64,000 nt of DNA from Bacilli bacterium (GCA_050953065.1 JBMNLZ010000003.1:352001-416000), one strand, 5' to 3'; positions 43,872-56,200 are shown, numbered from the stretch's first letter. Translations and numbers: made by a program. The notes: a model not told the origin generated them from the sequence alone.

Positions 43872-44979
43872 AGTAGAACACCATCCTTGATAATAAGAAT
43901 AGAACAATAGCAATTATTAACAACGCTCCTAAGCAGAACAACCATGACATCGCTGCATTTATGCCATAATTGGATAGATACGTTTTAACTCCATCATCAA
44001 TAGGCGTACCTAAGAATGTTGAAACTCCATAATTACTATTAACGTTTCCTGCACTGATAAACTTCTTAAGTTCTCTTAAGACATCTGATCTTAAGAAGGC
44101 ATCAACTATCGTATAAACCCCTGCCGTAAGCATTAAAGGTGAAACCATTGGGAAAGTTATTTTCCAGAAAATTTCATACTGAGTTGCGCCTTCAATCTTT
44201 GCTGCCTCATACAAATGTTTAGGCACAGATTGAATACCAGATAGGAAGATTAATATTTGAACACCCGAATAAGAAATTATATCATAAATTCTTGATACTG
44301 CATCTCCTAAATAGCCAACAAAAGTAACTGGCAAGTTTGCACTTAACAAGAAATCTTGGAAACTAAACATTGATGCGAACAATTCTCTTGTTGTTGCATT
44401 AATTGAATCTTGCATAACTGTACTAGTTGAAAGTGCTGCCTCAATTGCTTGAGAGTTAAAGATAACCGGCATAAAGAAGATTGCTCTTACTAAAGCACGA
44501 CCTTTAAACTTTGTATTTAGAATAACTGCAATAATTAAACTAAAGATTAGAATAATTGGAACATCTATTAAAATACTAATAATTGAACTAGACAATGTTT
44601 GAGTATAACTTGGATGTTCTAAGAAAATATATTTATAATTTCCTAATCCTAAAAACTGAGTTTGAACCCCTTCACCAGCTGCTCCTTTTACATAACAAAA
44701 ACTATAATATAGAGTTTGTATAAAAGGAATAAAGAAGAAATATATAAATCCTATCATCAAAGGAATTATAAAGACAACTCCCCAAAGGGCTTTTCTTTTT
44801 CTATAAACAATTTTTGAAGCGATTTTCTTTGGAATATAACCCATAATTTCACTAAATTTAATCATAAACTTAGTTTGTCTGAATTTATACCAAACCTCAC
44901 TCAGCCAAGATCTGAACCTGCTAAATAGTCTACCGATTGGAGCAAACATTTTAGCAAAAATTGATTTAATTTTTCCCAT
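43861..44979 (-). CDS. Carbohydrate ABC permease (MalF-like)
   Basis: FLGLGNY, RAIFFMP, LYEAAKIEGA, KITFP. Confidence 0.9.
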   Translation of the reverse strand: MGKIKSIFAKMFAPIGRLFSRFRSWLSEVWYKFRQTKFMIKFSEIMGYIPKKIASKIVYRKRKALWGVVFIIPLMIGFIYFFFIPFIQTLYYSFCYVKGAAGEGVQTQFLGLGNYKYIFLEHPSYTQTLSSSIISILIDVPIILIFSLIIAVILNTKFKGRALVRAIFFMPVIFNSQAIEAALSTSTVMQDSINATTRELFASMFSFQDFLLSANLPVTFVGYLGDAVSRIYDIISYSGVQILIFLSGIQSVPKHLYEAAKIEGATQYEIFWKITFPMVSPLMLTAGVYTIVDAFLRSDVLRELKKFISAGNVNSNYGVSTFLGTPIDDGVKTYLSNYGINAAMSWLFCLGALLIIAIVLFLLSRMVFYYDE

Positions 44980-44980
44980 A

Positions 44981-47900
44981 TTAATGACCTCCTGATAAGA
45001 CTAAATAGCTTTTCGCTTTTACTGTAATTCCGTTTATACTATCAACATAATCTGCTGTAAGCGATTTGTTAATTAATATTTCAACACCATTAGAATAAAC
45101 TACCTTAACAACATTTGTTCTTCCACCTACTAATTCATGACTTACTAATCTTCCACCATGAATTCCAACTGCATCTAAAGTTTCTTTAGTATTAACAACT
45201 TTAGCTTTCCAGTTAGCATAATAAGTTTGAGGATAATGATTGTATCTTGTATCATATAAAATCTTTGGATCTTCATATGAGAAAACAAATTGTAAATTAG
45301 AACCAGTTTCAAGTAGTTTCAATAATTCCATTTGCTCATCACCAGTAAGGTTATAAGCTGGTCCAGTGTAATCAAATAATCCACTTATTATTAATTGATA
45401 GAAAGGAATTGTATAGTCAATGATTGGATTTTGTGATGAATAAATAGGCACATCAACTGCATAGTCAACATATGATAATGCATATTCAAATGGCGCACTT
45501 AATTTAACCTTACCAATCTCTTCTTTAAACATTCCAAGAGCTTGTTTTTGATAAGCACAACCAACCTCAGCATATACTTCTGCTCCTCTTTGATAATCAC
45601 TAACTTTAACATTTCCTAAGTCAACTGCATATACACCTTCACTGTTTAACTTCTTAAATGAAGGAAGTAGTGTGTCAACTAGCGAAGTATAATATTTAGC
45701 AGAAACATAGTTTGTTCCTATATAAGTTCTCTTATCTTGAACTTTTGTTGCTAAGTTATAAGGATAATGCGTAGAATATGATGCACCAATACTCTTACCA
45801 GTATATTTCATATTACCAAAAGAATAATCATAACCTTTATTTGTAGTAACATTCATTTCTGGATAAAAATCAATATTGTTTTGATACAAGAAATCTTTGA
45901 ACTTATTTAAGCCCTTCACTCCTCCTAAAACTTTTGCAACTTTATGATTGCTACGAGCTTTAAATTCTAAAGCATCCTCACTCCAACCACGATAACTAAC
46001 ACTTAAATTATGAATATCATAATCCATTAATTCTTCTAATATTTCTTGTGCTTGTTTGAATGTAGTAAGAGATGATTTAATTTTATGTTTAACTCCTAAA
46101 GTTAAGATATATCTTTCATAAGCTCCTAAAAAGTTAACATCAACTAACGTATTAGCACTTGTATCATGTGCTTCAAGTAAATATTTATTAACTAAATAAA
46201 TTCTATATACTTCAGCTACTTTTGAATATGTTAATTGATTAGCCCTTAAGAATATAAAGTCATATTGAAAATCAATTGTATTTAAAGTTGTACTCCATTT
46301 ATTAAACTTAGAAGTATTCCATTTATTAGTACCAACTGCAACTTCTTCCATTTCTCTAAAATAAGTTTGGAATTTAGCATGGTTATATGGTTTACCACGT
46401 TGACTATCATGAAGTGTTCCTGCATCAAGAACAGAACTATTAGCACCATTTGCTACTATTCCAACAACACCCTTTTGATTAGTTGTATCAATGTAACCAT
46501 ACATTGGAAACATCAATTTTTCAGCGTTATCAGAATCAGGCATTTGATATGGAGCAATATTCATATCTCTACCATACATCCTCTTCCTAAAATCATTATA
46601 GTTTAATTCTTGAGCACCATTATTAAACTTAATAACAGCGCCAGACCCATCTGGTACAACTAACATACCTTCGCTTGTAGCCTCATCATTAAACGTAAAA
46701 TATGGTAAAAAGTCAATATATGATAAACGATAATTATGACTATAAGGATCATTATAATCAAGTGAACCATTACCTTCTTTTAATATATCACCTAAAAGCA
46801 TGAATTTAACGCCTTCATAATCTTTTGCTAAAGATACTTCCATACCAACTCTAAATCTAACAGGTACTAAGTCACCTTCAACACCAAAGTATTGGTTTTC
46901 ATGGTAAGCTTCTTCTATTGAATAATATGCTGGAATTGGCAAGCCATCTTCATCATAAATAAAGCCATCTTCATCTCGTGCTGCATATCCTGCATTTCTT
47001 CTCGCAAGATAATATTTAGGATCATCTTCTAGATTATCAAAATTCAAAGATTTAGCTGCTACAAGCTCATCAATTTTATCTTGGTCATCTAAAAGACTTG
47101 CATCATAAACATATTTTTCATTTACTAAATGTCTTTCAGATGTTTCATAAAGCAAATTAAATAAAGCTGTAAATTGTGTGCTAGATGTCGCTTTTAATTT
47201 ATAAAAACGATATTTATCAGGCTCTTCATCTTTGTTTACTTGATCATCTGTTTCGATTTTATAAAATCCATCAAATAATGAGTTTTTAGTTCCTTCATAA
47301 ATAAACGGGTTAACTATACAAGGAGAGGCTCCTTCTTCGCCATAATTAGTTGCATTAATTGTTGTTCCCCAGCCATTAACAAACTCTTCAGTTAAATAAG
47401 TTATATTAAAGTAAAGGTTTGTAGCATCTGGTTCAACTGTTTCTGGAAGCGGATTTACATCTCCATAGTTGTTATCATGAATATATTTTGCAACATCATA
47501 ATTTGATGTTGTAGCACTATAAGTGCCACTATTTTGATATTCTCTATATCTAACCACTCTAATAGACATAGTATCACCAAATGAATCCATAATACTTACA
47601 TTAGCATATTCTTGATTAATTCTAATATTCCCGATGAATTGATTAATCATTTTTTCAATTCTCATTTTATCTGGATAATAAGTTTGAGTAAAACGACCTA
47701 TATCATAAGAGATTTGAACCCCATCATCAATGTAATTAATAGCATAATGTTTTTCATATGTATTTGATGTTTTATTATAAAAGTTTACGCTATCAGTCAT
47801 AGTATTAAGACCAGTTGTAATTTGAGTTCCATTAGCACCATAATAGAACAATCTAAAATGGCTACCATAGGCTGAAGATACATCATCATTAGTTGTTGTA

Positions 47901-48187
47901 TATGTCTTACCTGTTCTTTTATCAACAATTGTAATTCTAGTAGTTTCTTCATTGATAAACATTTCAAAATTGTCATTTTCAGCAAACTTTTTATTATTAT
48001 CAAATGTTTCCATTGAAGATGCTTCAACAAAATCTTCTAGATTTATTTTTTTATTAGTAAAAGCTAATTCTTCTGCTAAAGCAATAGTACTAAGACCTCC
48101 AACAAAATAAACTAATAACGTAATCACTAAAACAATAACTAATAAAGAAGGAATAATATATTTAGCTTTTAAAAATCTCATAAACAT
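44981..48187 (-). CDS. Large membrane-anchored extracellular protein, DUF5696-like
   Basis: N-terminal TM helix. LVVPDGSGAVI, MFPMYG, LTTFKQAQEI, IPFYQLIISG and VVYSNG patterns. Conserved position after Yip1. Confidence 0.6.
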   Translation of the reverse strand: MFMRFLKAKYIIPSLLVIVLVITLLVYFVGGLSTIALAEELAFTNKKINLEDFVEASSMETFDNNKKFAENDNFEMFINEETTRITIVDKRTGKTYTTTNDDVSSAYGSHFRLFYYGANGTQITTGLNTMTDSVNFYNKTSNTYEKHYAINYIDDGVQISYDIGRFTQTYYPDKMRIEKMINQFIGNIRINQEYANVSIMDSFGDTMSIRVVRYREYQNSGTYSATTSNYDVAKYIHDNNYGDVNPLPETVEPDATNLYFNITYLTEEFVNGWGTTINATNYGEEGASPCIVNPFIYEGTKNSLFDGFYKIETDDQVNKDEEPDKYRFYKLKATSSTQFTALFNLLYETSERHLVNEKYVYDASLLDDQDKIDELVAAKSLNFDNLEDDPKYYLARRNAGYAARDEDGFIYDEDGLPIPAYYSIEEAYHENQYFGVEGDLVPVRFRVGMEVSLAKDYEGVKFMLLGDILKEGNGSLDYNDPYSHNYRLSYIDFLPYFTFNDEATSEGMLVVPDGSGAVIKFNNGAQELNYNDFRKRMYGRDMNIAPYQMPDSDNAEKLMFPMYGYIDTTNQKGVVGIVANGANSSVLDAGTLHDSQRGKPYNHAKFQTYFREMEEVAVGTNKWNTSKFNKWSTTLNTIDFQYDFIFLRANQLTYSKVAEVYRIYLVNKYLLEAHDTSANTLVDVNFLGAYERYILTLGVKHKIKSSLTTFKQAQEILEELMDYDIHNLSVSYRGWSEDALEFKARSNHKVAKVLGGVKGLNKFKDFLYQNNIDFYPEMNVTTNKGYDYSFGNMKYTGKSIGASYSTHYPYNLATKVQDKRTYIGTNYVSAKYYTSLVDTLLPSFKKLNSEGVYAVDLGNVKVSDYQRGAEVYAEVGCAYQKQALGMFKEEIGKVKLSAPFEYALSYVDYAVDVPIYSSQNPIIDYTIPFYQLIISGLFDYTGPAYNLTGDEQMELLKLLETGSNLQFVFSYEDPKILYDTRYNHYPQTYYANWKAKVVNTKETLDAVGIHGGRLVSHELVGGRTNVVKVVYSNGVEILINKSLTADYVDSINGITVKAKSYLVLSGGH

Positions 48188-48192
48188 CCCTC

Positions 48193-48882
48193 CTATAAAT
48201 ACCTCAGTGATATTTCACGATAAATGGTATATATGAAACCTATTATTGTTTGGAAAAGGTTGAAGCAAAGAAGTAGGATAAATGCAACTACCATCGCTGC
48301 AATTGCAGTAGCAACAATAGTAAGAATACATTTAAGTAAACCGTACTCATGAACTCCAATAATTCCAAAGAAAGCCATATATCCCATCATGAACACACCA
48401 AGACTATTTACTAAATGATATAAAGCCATCTCTTCTGCAACAAGCACATTGCTTAAAACCATTCCTATAATAGTAGTAAATATCATAGGATATAAGCAAT
48501 AACTTATCATTAAAAAGATATCTTTCATTTTTCCTTTACCATCAAACAAAGTCGCAACTGACCAGTTTGAAACAGTAAATAAAACAATCGGAGCAACAAC
48601 ATAAGCAATTTCTGCGAATGTGCTCAATTCATTAATATTTCTATCACTTACTAAGAATCCCAAAAATTGGAATTTTAGTATTTGAAGTAAAATAATCACA
48701 GCAATAAATGTTAAAGCTACTGACCATTTACCTCTATTTTCTCTTTTGAATTCATCAAAACCTTTAATTGGGTGAGCTAAAATATAACCAGGGAATTTAA
48801 CGAATTCTGCATAAAAATACTTTAATCTACTTTTTACTTTAGCACCAAAGCCAGTTTTATTATTTGTTTCAGTATTATTCAT
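48193..48882 (-). CDS. Yip1-family membrane protein
   Basis: ILAHPIKGF, SNWSVATLFDGKG, VHEY, five TM helices. Confidence 0.7.
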   Translation of the reverse strand: MNNTETNNKTGFGAKVKSRLKYFYAEFVKFPGYILAHPIKGFDEFKRENRGKWSVALTFIAVIILLQILKFQFLGFLVSDRNINELSTFAEIAYVVAPIVLFTVSNWSVATLFDGKGKMKDIFLMISYCLYPMIFTTIIGMVLSNVLVAEEMALYHLVNSLGVFMMGYMAFFGIIGVHEYGLLKCILTIVATAIAAMVVAFILLLCFNLFQTIIGFIYTIYREISLRYL

Positions 48883-50588
48883 TATTCATCACCTATTCCT
48901 GATTCTTCATAACCACCTCGTTTTACACGTTTGTATATACTCCATCCCACTAATCCTACGACTATAGCTAAGCCTATATACATTACAGTTGTAAAATATT
49001 CCTTGATTATCTCATCACGATATAATTTATAAGCACGTGAATATAAATCTTTATTATAACCAAGTTCGAAGTAATCTAATGCTTCAATGTATTCACCCTC
49101 ATACATTAAAGTCTTTCCAATACCAACATATGCATATTGATAGTTAGCATTTTTTTGAACAACTTTTCGCCATTCTCTTGCAGACTCAATATAGTCTCCA
49201 TCAACATAATACTTAACTGCTTTATTGATAATTGCTCCAATATCTGTTGGTTGGAAAACCATTAAAGCTTTTGAGTTTTTATCAATCAGTAAAACATTTT
49301 CACCTTGATAAACAAGTGCTACTGGATTATCAAGCTCATTAATTTGAGTTCCTTTTCCACCTGAAATATAAAGCAAGTTTCCTTCAGCATCATATGTAAA
49401 AAGTCTTCCGTTAGCTGAGTCTGCTACAGTATAAATTCCATAATCATTAACTGCAATTGCAGTTAAGTCAGGATGAGATGTTGCTTGAGTTGTTCTTAGG
49501 TATACTATATCTCCCTTAGGTACATTATAACCATTTCTCTTTAAAACATCACTTTCAGCTGGATTTAACTTCTTAATCATTGATCTATCGTTAGTTACAA
49601 GACCTTTTGTATTAGTAGTAGGACCAGCTGTTGTATAAATGAAGTTAGCGCTATCTATACAAAGAGAGTTAAAGATTTGGTTTAATACTTGCGTAGATTG
49701 AGAAAGTTGAGCCTCAGTTGCAAGATTTCTCCAGAATATTTCCCAAACACTTAAAGCAACTTTATTAACCCCAGTAAAACCATAAAATTCTCCAGTTGGA
49801 CTTAGTTTAATAATCCCTTCATTAATTCCTGAAGAAATTACATAAAGTCTTCCTGAACTATCTGCTACCATTTTGAAAGGTAAGAAAGCCTTTGTTTTAA
49901 AAGCATGCGCTTGTGGAGTTGAAATTACTCTAATAACTTTAAATGTATCACTATCTAAAACAATGACTTGTTGGTTATTAGTATCACAAATATAGATATA
50001 ATCTTCTCCTGTAGTTCTAACTACACCTCTAAAGACTCCATTTGGACCATTTAAAACAATACTAGCTCCAGTTGCTTGAAAATCTTCAAAGCTAACTAAA
50101 CCAACATTTGTTCCATCTACTTCTCTAATAATTAAAGGAGTTCTAATACCATTATTATTAGTATTAATCTTTAATGCTTCTTCATATGTAAACTTTGTTT
50201 TATCAAGTTCAAAGGCATCAATTACATAATCATCTTCTGGATTATCATCTACTCCCATTATTTTTAAAAGACTTAAATTCTTATCAAAAATAAACATCTT
50301 ATTAGAAATTGAGTCTACTAAATAAAGTTTTTCTTCATATCCTAATAATTCATGGAATTCATTTCTTAATTCTTTTTTAAACAAAAACAAATCAGCTGGT
50401 GATCTAAAGTCAGCATCTCTTAACCCTAAATCTCCAAACTTATAAACATTTGACACAGTAAGACCTTTATCAGAATAGATTGGTTTATTATCATGAGTAT
50501 AAATATATCCTGTTTCAGCCTTTACTATCGGCAAAGTACACATTAAAACCATTAAAATAAATACAATTAAAATTCTTCTTTTTATCAT
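48882..50588 (-). CDS. NHL-repeat beta-propeller with TPR-like segment; signal peptide and C-terminal TM
   Basis: LNGPNGV...IYICDTNNQQV, YTVADSANGRLFTYDAEGNLL, AYVGIGKTLMYEGEYIEALDYF. Confidence 0.7.
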   Translation of the reverse strand: MIKRRILIVFILMVLMCTLPIVKAETGYIYTHDNKPIYSDKGLTVSNVYKFGDLGLRDADFRSPADLFLFKKELRNEFHELLGYEEKLYLVDSISNKMFIFDKNLSLLKIMGVDDNPEDDYVIDAFELDKTKFTYEEALKINTNNNGIRTPLIIREVDGTNVGLVSFEDFQATGASIVLNGPNGVFRGVVRTTGEDYIYICDTNNQQVIVLDSDTFKVIRVISTPQAHAFKTKAFLPFKMVADSSGRLYVISSGINEGIIKLSPTGEFYGFTGVNKVALSVWEIFWRNLATEAQLSQSTQVLNQIFNSLCIDSANFIYTTAGPTTNTKGLVTNDRSMIKKLNPAESDVLKRNGYNVPKGDIVYLRTTQATSHPDLTAIAVNDYGIYTVADSANGRLFTYDAEGNLLYISGGKGTQINELDNPVALVYQGENVLLIDKNSKALMVFQPTDIGAIINKAVKYYVDGDYIESAREWRKVVQKNANYQYAYVGIGKTLMYEGEYIEALDYFELGYNKDLYSRAYKLYRDEIIKEYFTTVMYIGLAIVVGLVGWSIYKRVKRGGYEESGIGDE

Positions 50589-50600
50589 TTCAATTCACCT

Positions 50601-52115
50601 CTACTTCATACCCGAATGAGCCATCGTTTCCATAATTTGACTCTGAGATATTATAAATATAGTAATTGGAACCGAAATCATAATCAAACTAACTGCCGCT
50701 AAAACCCCAACACGAGCAGGTCCTGCTGTTGAAATTTGAACCAGTGCATAACTTACCATTTTTAAGTCTTCACGATAAATAAATGTAGATCCATCAGCTG
50801 CCCATAATCTTTGGAATACCAAAATAATTAAAGTAAGCCAAGCAGGTTTTACTAAAGGCATAACAATAGAAAACCATATCTTAAATTCTCCAGCTCCATC
50901 AATCTTAGCTGACTCAATTAACGAAGTCGGCACTTGAGACATAAACTGTTTCATTAAGAATAGCCCTAACGGGAAGGATATCATCGGCAAGATCATAGCC
51001 CAATAAGTATCTATCAATCCAATATAGTTAAATACAATATAGTTAGGAATACTTGTTACTTCATGAGGGAACATCAATGAATAAACAATTAGTCCAAAGA
51101 TAATTGATCCACCAGGAACTTTATATTTTGCTAGTGCATAAGCACACATCGAAGCAAATATAACGTGTCCAATTGTACCCATAATAGTTATAAAAATTGT
51201 ATTAAAGAAATATCTTGAGAAAGGTACTAAAGAAGCACCTAAAACTCCACCTAAATCCTTAAAGTTTTCTAAACTAGGGTTTCTCGGGAAAAATCTTGGT
51301 GGGAATAAGAATAATTCATCAAGTGGTTTAAATGCATTTGAAATTGTTAGAATTAATGGTAACAAACTAAATGCTCCACATAATGCTAAGAATAAGAATA
51401 AGAAAAAATCTCCAGTCTTTGATCTATTAAGTCTTTTCTTTTTCTTAGATTTCATTTTTATTTTCAAAGCATTAATTTCAGCAAATGGTCTAGAATCTAC
51501 TACTCTATGTAGTTTAATTTTAGCTCCATCAACTTCTTCTAAGCCTTCTTCTTGCATCTTAGTTTTTAATTCTAAATAGAATTCATATTTTGCTAACTCT
51601 ATTAAAGGGATAACCCAACAAAGCAAAACACCTAAAGTTATGATTCCAAGTAAAATTAATGGTAAATAACTAAGATATAATTTAAACAATTCCTTTTTAT
51701 GTCCATGCATCATCCTTTTACTTTTTTGAATTGCTTTAGATGATCCTATCTTTGGTTCATCAAGCAAAATGTAAAAAGACATTGAATAACTTAAGGCTTT
51801 AACAATTCCAGGAATTATTAATAAAATTGTCCAAAAAATTTGATAAAGTGTCTTTTTAATATATAAAACTATTTTATCGTTAATATGATTAAATTCTGAA
51901 AATAGTTTCTTTAAAGATATTTCTTCACCCTTAGAGATACTAACTATAACACTTGAAAATCCCATTAATAATGGCCCGCCAATAATCAAGGCACCAAGTA
52001 GTGGAGGAATAATCCAAGCTGCTAAAATTATCAACCCACAGATAAAGCTAATTAACGCTGCTGTTTTAAAATTGGGTTTAATCTTACTTAATGCAAGACT
52101 TCTATATTTTTTCAT
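50601..52115 (-). CDS. Fusion of a DUF975-like membrane domain and a carbohydrate ABC permease (MalG-like)
   Basis: N-terminal ~185 aa has WTILLIIPGIVKALSYS...AIQKSKRMMHGHK. C-terminal part has AYALAK and SLIESAKIDGA. Confidence 0.8.
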   Translation of the reverse strand: MKKYRSLALSKIKPNFKTAALISFICGLIILAAWIIPPLLGALIIGGPLLMGFSSVIVSISKGEEISLKKLFSEFNHINDKIVLYIKKTLYQIFWTILLIIPGIVKALSYSMSFYILLDEPKIGSSKAIQKSKRMMHGHKKELFKLYLSYLPLILLGIITLGVLLCWVIPLIELAKYEFYLELKTKMQEEGLEEVDGAKIKLHRVVDSRPFAEINALKIKMKSKKKKRLNRSKTGDFFLFLFLALCGAFSLLPLILTISNAFKPLDELFLFPPRFFPRNPSLENFKDLGGVLGASLVPFSRYFFNTIFITIMGTIGHVIFASMCAYALAKYKVPGGSIIFGLIVYSLMFPHEVTSIPNYIVFNYIGLIDTYWAMILPMISFPLGLFLMKQFMSQVPTSLIESAKIDGAGEFKIWFSIVMPLVKPAWLTLIILVFQRLWAADGSTFIYREDLKMVSYALVQISTAGPARVGVLAAVSLIMISVPITIFIISQSQIMETMAHSGMK

Positions 52116-52129
52116 CTTGTCCTCCTTTC

Positions 52130-53206
52130 CTATGTGCCGACCTTGCGGATAATCTTTTGAATTGCTTTATTAAGTAGTATCGCTGTTACGAATAATAGTG
52201 TTGCGATGGCTGAGGCATATCCCATTTCAAATCTAACACTACCATAATCGGTTAAGTGGTTGATGATTGTATGTCCTGAATATTCAATTGAAGGGAATCC
52301 TGCCAAAGCTGTTGAAATCGCACCAACACCAAGAGAAGCTGAAATTTGAATAACGGCACTAAATGTTAATTGTGGTTTCATATTAGGTAATGTAATAAAC
52401 CATAATTCTTGCCATCTATTTCTAACACCATCCACGGCAGCTGCTTCATATTGAGTTTTATCAACGCTCTTTAATCCCGCAATTAAAGCTAGGAAGTTAA
52501 CACCTAAACTCATCCATAATTGTACTACAATAATAATCGGCAAAATATATTTTGAGTTTTGAAGCCAAGTAATTGGTTCTGCAATAAATCCAAATTGGAT
52601 TAAGAATGAGTTCGCATAACCATAAATATCACTATTGAAAATCAAAGTCCAAATAAGAATCGCATTTCCTGCTAAAGAAGGAGCATAGAATGCTAAAGTA
52701 ATAAATGGTTTTATTTTTGGAGGTAATTCATTAATTAACCAAGCAAATACGAAACTCAGTAAATATCCAATCGGTCCAGTAACAACTGCAATAATCAAAG
52801 TGTTTTTAACTGCAGTTATAAAAATATCATCATCTAAAAACAAAGTTAAATAGTTTGAAAAGCCTACCCAACGTGGTGCTTCTAAAAGGTTAAAATAAGT
52901 AAAACTTAATCCAAAGCTCATTACAACTGGTAAAACTGTAAAAACAGTGAATAGTAGTACATAAGGAAACATCATTAGATATAGAGTTCTATTTAAATAT
53001 AGTTTTCTTCTAAAAGGTTTCTTTCTACTCCACAGATCAATTTTCTTTCCAGTGCGCTCTTTCCAAGCAATAAATCTTTTCCATAAATCTTTTAAAGTTT
53101 TCTTACCTTGAGAAGAATCATTAGACTTTGTTGATTCACTAATTTCTTCAAGATTATTGTTTTCTTCTTTAGAAACATTTAAATCTTTATCAATTACATT
53201 TTCCAT
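52130..53206 (-). CDS. Carbohydrate ABC permease (MalF-like)
   Basis: WVGFSNY, YEAAAVDG, FITLP, FEMGYASAIA. Confidence 0.9.
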   Translation of the reverse strand: MENVIDKDLNVSKEENNNLEEISESTKSNDSSQGKKTLKDLWKRFIAWKERTGKKIDLWSRKKPFRRKLYLNRTLYLMMFPYVLLFTVFTVLPVVMSFGLSFTYFNLLEAPRWVGFSNYLTLFLDDDIFITAVKNTLIIAVVTGPIGYLLSFVFAWLINELPPKIKPFITLAFYAPSLAGNAILIWTLIFNSDIYGYANSFLIQFGFIAEPITWLQNSKYILPIIIVVQLWMSLGVNFLALIAGLKSVDKTQYEAAAVDGVRNRWQELWFITLPNMKPQLTFSAVIQISASLGVGAISTALAGFPSIEYSGHTIINHLTDYGSVRFEMGYASAIATLLFVTAILLNKAIQKIIRKVGT

Positions 53207-53220
53207 TGATCTTCTCCTTT

Positions 53221-56200
53221 CTAATCAAGTCCAAACTCAGCGCGTTTTCTAGCAATCTCACTGTTTATAATTTGGATGTATTGTTCTAGTGTTTCGCGTG
53301 GTTCTTTATCTTTATTTACAACTTCACGGAAGGCATTTTCTAAGTTACGTCCTGTATAATATCCACCAGGAACTTCTGGTACACCAACAGTTTTTTTCCA
53401 TTGAGTAGTTAATACTTCAATTTCTTTTGCTGTCCATGCCATTCTTCTAAATGCTTTAATATTAGGAGTATTATGACGAGCTGCTGGCCCTAAAACTGAT
53501 TCCAATTCACGAGCATAAGCAAATTGTGTTTCTTCACTTGTCCACCATTTCATAAATTCCCAAGCAGCTTCTTTTTCTCTAGCTTGAGCCATCATTACAA
53601 CAGCAGTTCCACCTGCTGCACCTCTATGATCTAGAGTACCATCTTCTCTAATTGTTCCAGGAAGTAGGGCAAAGTCCCATTTACCTCTAATCTCTGGCGC
53701 AGAAACCATCAAAGTATTATACATTTCATAGTTAGCAATTCCAATTGGAGTTTCCCCAGTTCTAAAACGGTTAAAGAATGATGCTGCAAGAGGGAAACTA
53801 TATTCACTATAAAATCTTGACCAAGTATCAAAAGCATTCATTGCTGCAGGGCTATCAAAAGCTGATTCACGATTACCATTCTTATAGAATGTTCCATCTT
53901 GTTGATAAAGCATTGAAGCAAAGATTTGGTTAACTACAGAGTTAGCTAAAACTGTATTAAGTGGTAAATAAAATTGCAAGTTTTTAAGTTGTAATTCTGG
54001 AATAATTTCAATTACATCTTCCCAAGTCCAAGGATTTTCTAAAGTAGGACGTTTCCATTCATATTCATTGAAAATATCTGTTCTATAAAATGTTACTAAA
54101 AATGACTGAGTATTAGGTAAAGCATAATATGCACCGTTTAACTCATATGGAACCATGGCACTTGCTTGGAAGTTTCTATTTTCATCTTCTGGATCTACAT
54201 TTGCAGTACATGTTCCACGAGCAATTTCATCCGCTGAACAAATTCCAGTTGTTTCATAGAATCCCTCATATTTTGAAATATCTTCAATTGCATTACGAAG
54301 TGCATAGTTAATTGGAAGTCCATTTGGAACGTTGATTGCTACATCAGGCCCTCTTTTTGCAAGTGTTGCTGGAAGTAGTACACCAGGTGCTACTAATTTC
54401 AAGCTAACGTTTGCATGATCAAATGTATCTAAAATTAGATTACTCAAAGCATTTGCTTGTTCACGTCCAGCTGTCTCACTTGTTAAAAACCAAACTTGAA
54501 TTGTTGGTAAATTAGCTTTAGCTTCAGTTACACCAATACTTTCATAATCAAAGAAGAATGATTTGAAGAATGATTTAATACTAAACCAACTACCTGCAAA
54601 GAAATTAGGATTTGCTTTTGGCAAAGCATTTTTCCTGCTTAAACTTGATTTATCTGAATGAATAAATAATTGATCAACTACAATTGATTGTTCACTGATT
54701 TGTAAAATCCATGTTCCTAAAGCTGAAATGTTGTTACTATAATCTTTAAGACGTCTTTGAATCGTTCTAACGTTATTAACAAATGAATCAAGTTGTAGAG
54801 CCATTCTATCAAGACTTGCTGTCATATCGCTTTTCCCACCAGATAATTCAGCTAAGATTCTATTAACATCTCTTAACTCTTTTGCACATTTTGCAAATGT
54901 TTCTTTTAATCCAACAATGCTTTTGCCATCTTCATAATAAACAGAAACAAAATCAGCTAAGTTTTCTACTAAGTAATAATCAATATATGGGTCTGGGTTT
55001 AAAGTAGTAACTGCAATAATTCTACGATAAACTCTATTTAACTCATCAATTACTGTATTTACTCTACTAACTAAACTACTGTAATCTCCTAAAGTTGCTT
55101 CCATTGTAATAGTATTTTTACCAGCATTTAAGTGGAAATAATATGGAATTTCTTTTCCTGTCTCATCAAAGCCGCCCAAAGTCATGATTTTCCAATCTCT
55201 ACTAAACTTGTATTTAGTATTTAGTGCTTCATCAAAAGGTACCTCACCATTTATTAAAACTTTTCTTGTCGTATAAACACCTCTTGAAACTCCTTGTTTT
55301 GCTCTAAATGAAATTTGATATAATCCTTCTTTTTCTACATCTACTTTCCAAGAAATCCAATCGCCAGGTGAAGACCATTTAGTTCCACCAATTGCATTAT
55401 ATCTAATCCTTACAGGGTCACACGGAGAGTTCTTCGCACTCGTTCTATCATTTACTGCATAAAGTGTCGCAGATGAAGATGTTCTAATGTTTGGGTCTTC
55501 TGCTTCGTATAAAATCATCGTATCATCAACTTTATCAGCATCATCAAACTGACCTATATAATCACTATAAGACATATAATCAGTTTTAGCACAAATATCA
55601 ATTGCAAAAATACTCATTGGTTCTCTAATTGATTCAATTGTGATTGTATTTTCACCTTCAAGCAAATGAATTAAATAAGGTTCAGTAACATACCCTAAAT
55701 CATCTACAACATAGGCTCTAGTAATTTTTGGTTTTTCAATTTGAGTTGGTTTCATATCATTGCCCATGGCATCCATAAAGAACATTGATCCTTTAGATGC
55801 ATCAATTGGACCATCTCCCCAAGTTCTTGAAAACACAATATTTTTCAAAGCCTCATATGGAGTTACGCCATTGATTTTAATACTTCTTTCAATTGATGCA
55901 GAACCACCTTTCTCAGGATAATAACTAAGTCTAATATTATAATATCCTGCATCTGGTACTGTAAATTTCCAAGTTGCACTACCTACTTCTGAAGTATAAA
56001 AAGGCTTAACTCCATTTACGATTGTTGCAAGATTAGCAACATCTGTAAAATCAGAGTGTACTAAGTCAGTATTATTTGTTGTATCAATAGTAATATTATT
56101 ATTTGGAGTAATCATTTCATATGCTTTTAAATACTCCCCATATTCGCCAACTATTTCATAATCTCCAGGCACTGTTGCTTTTGTATAAACATGGCCCGAA

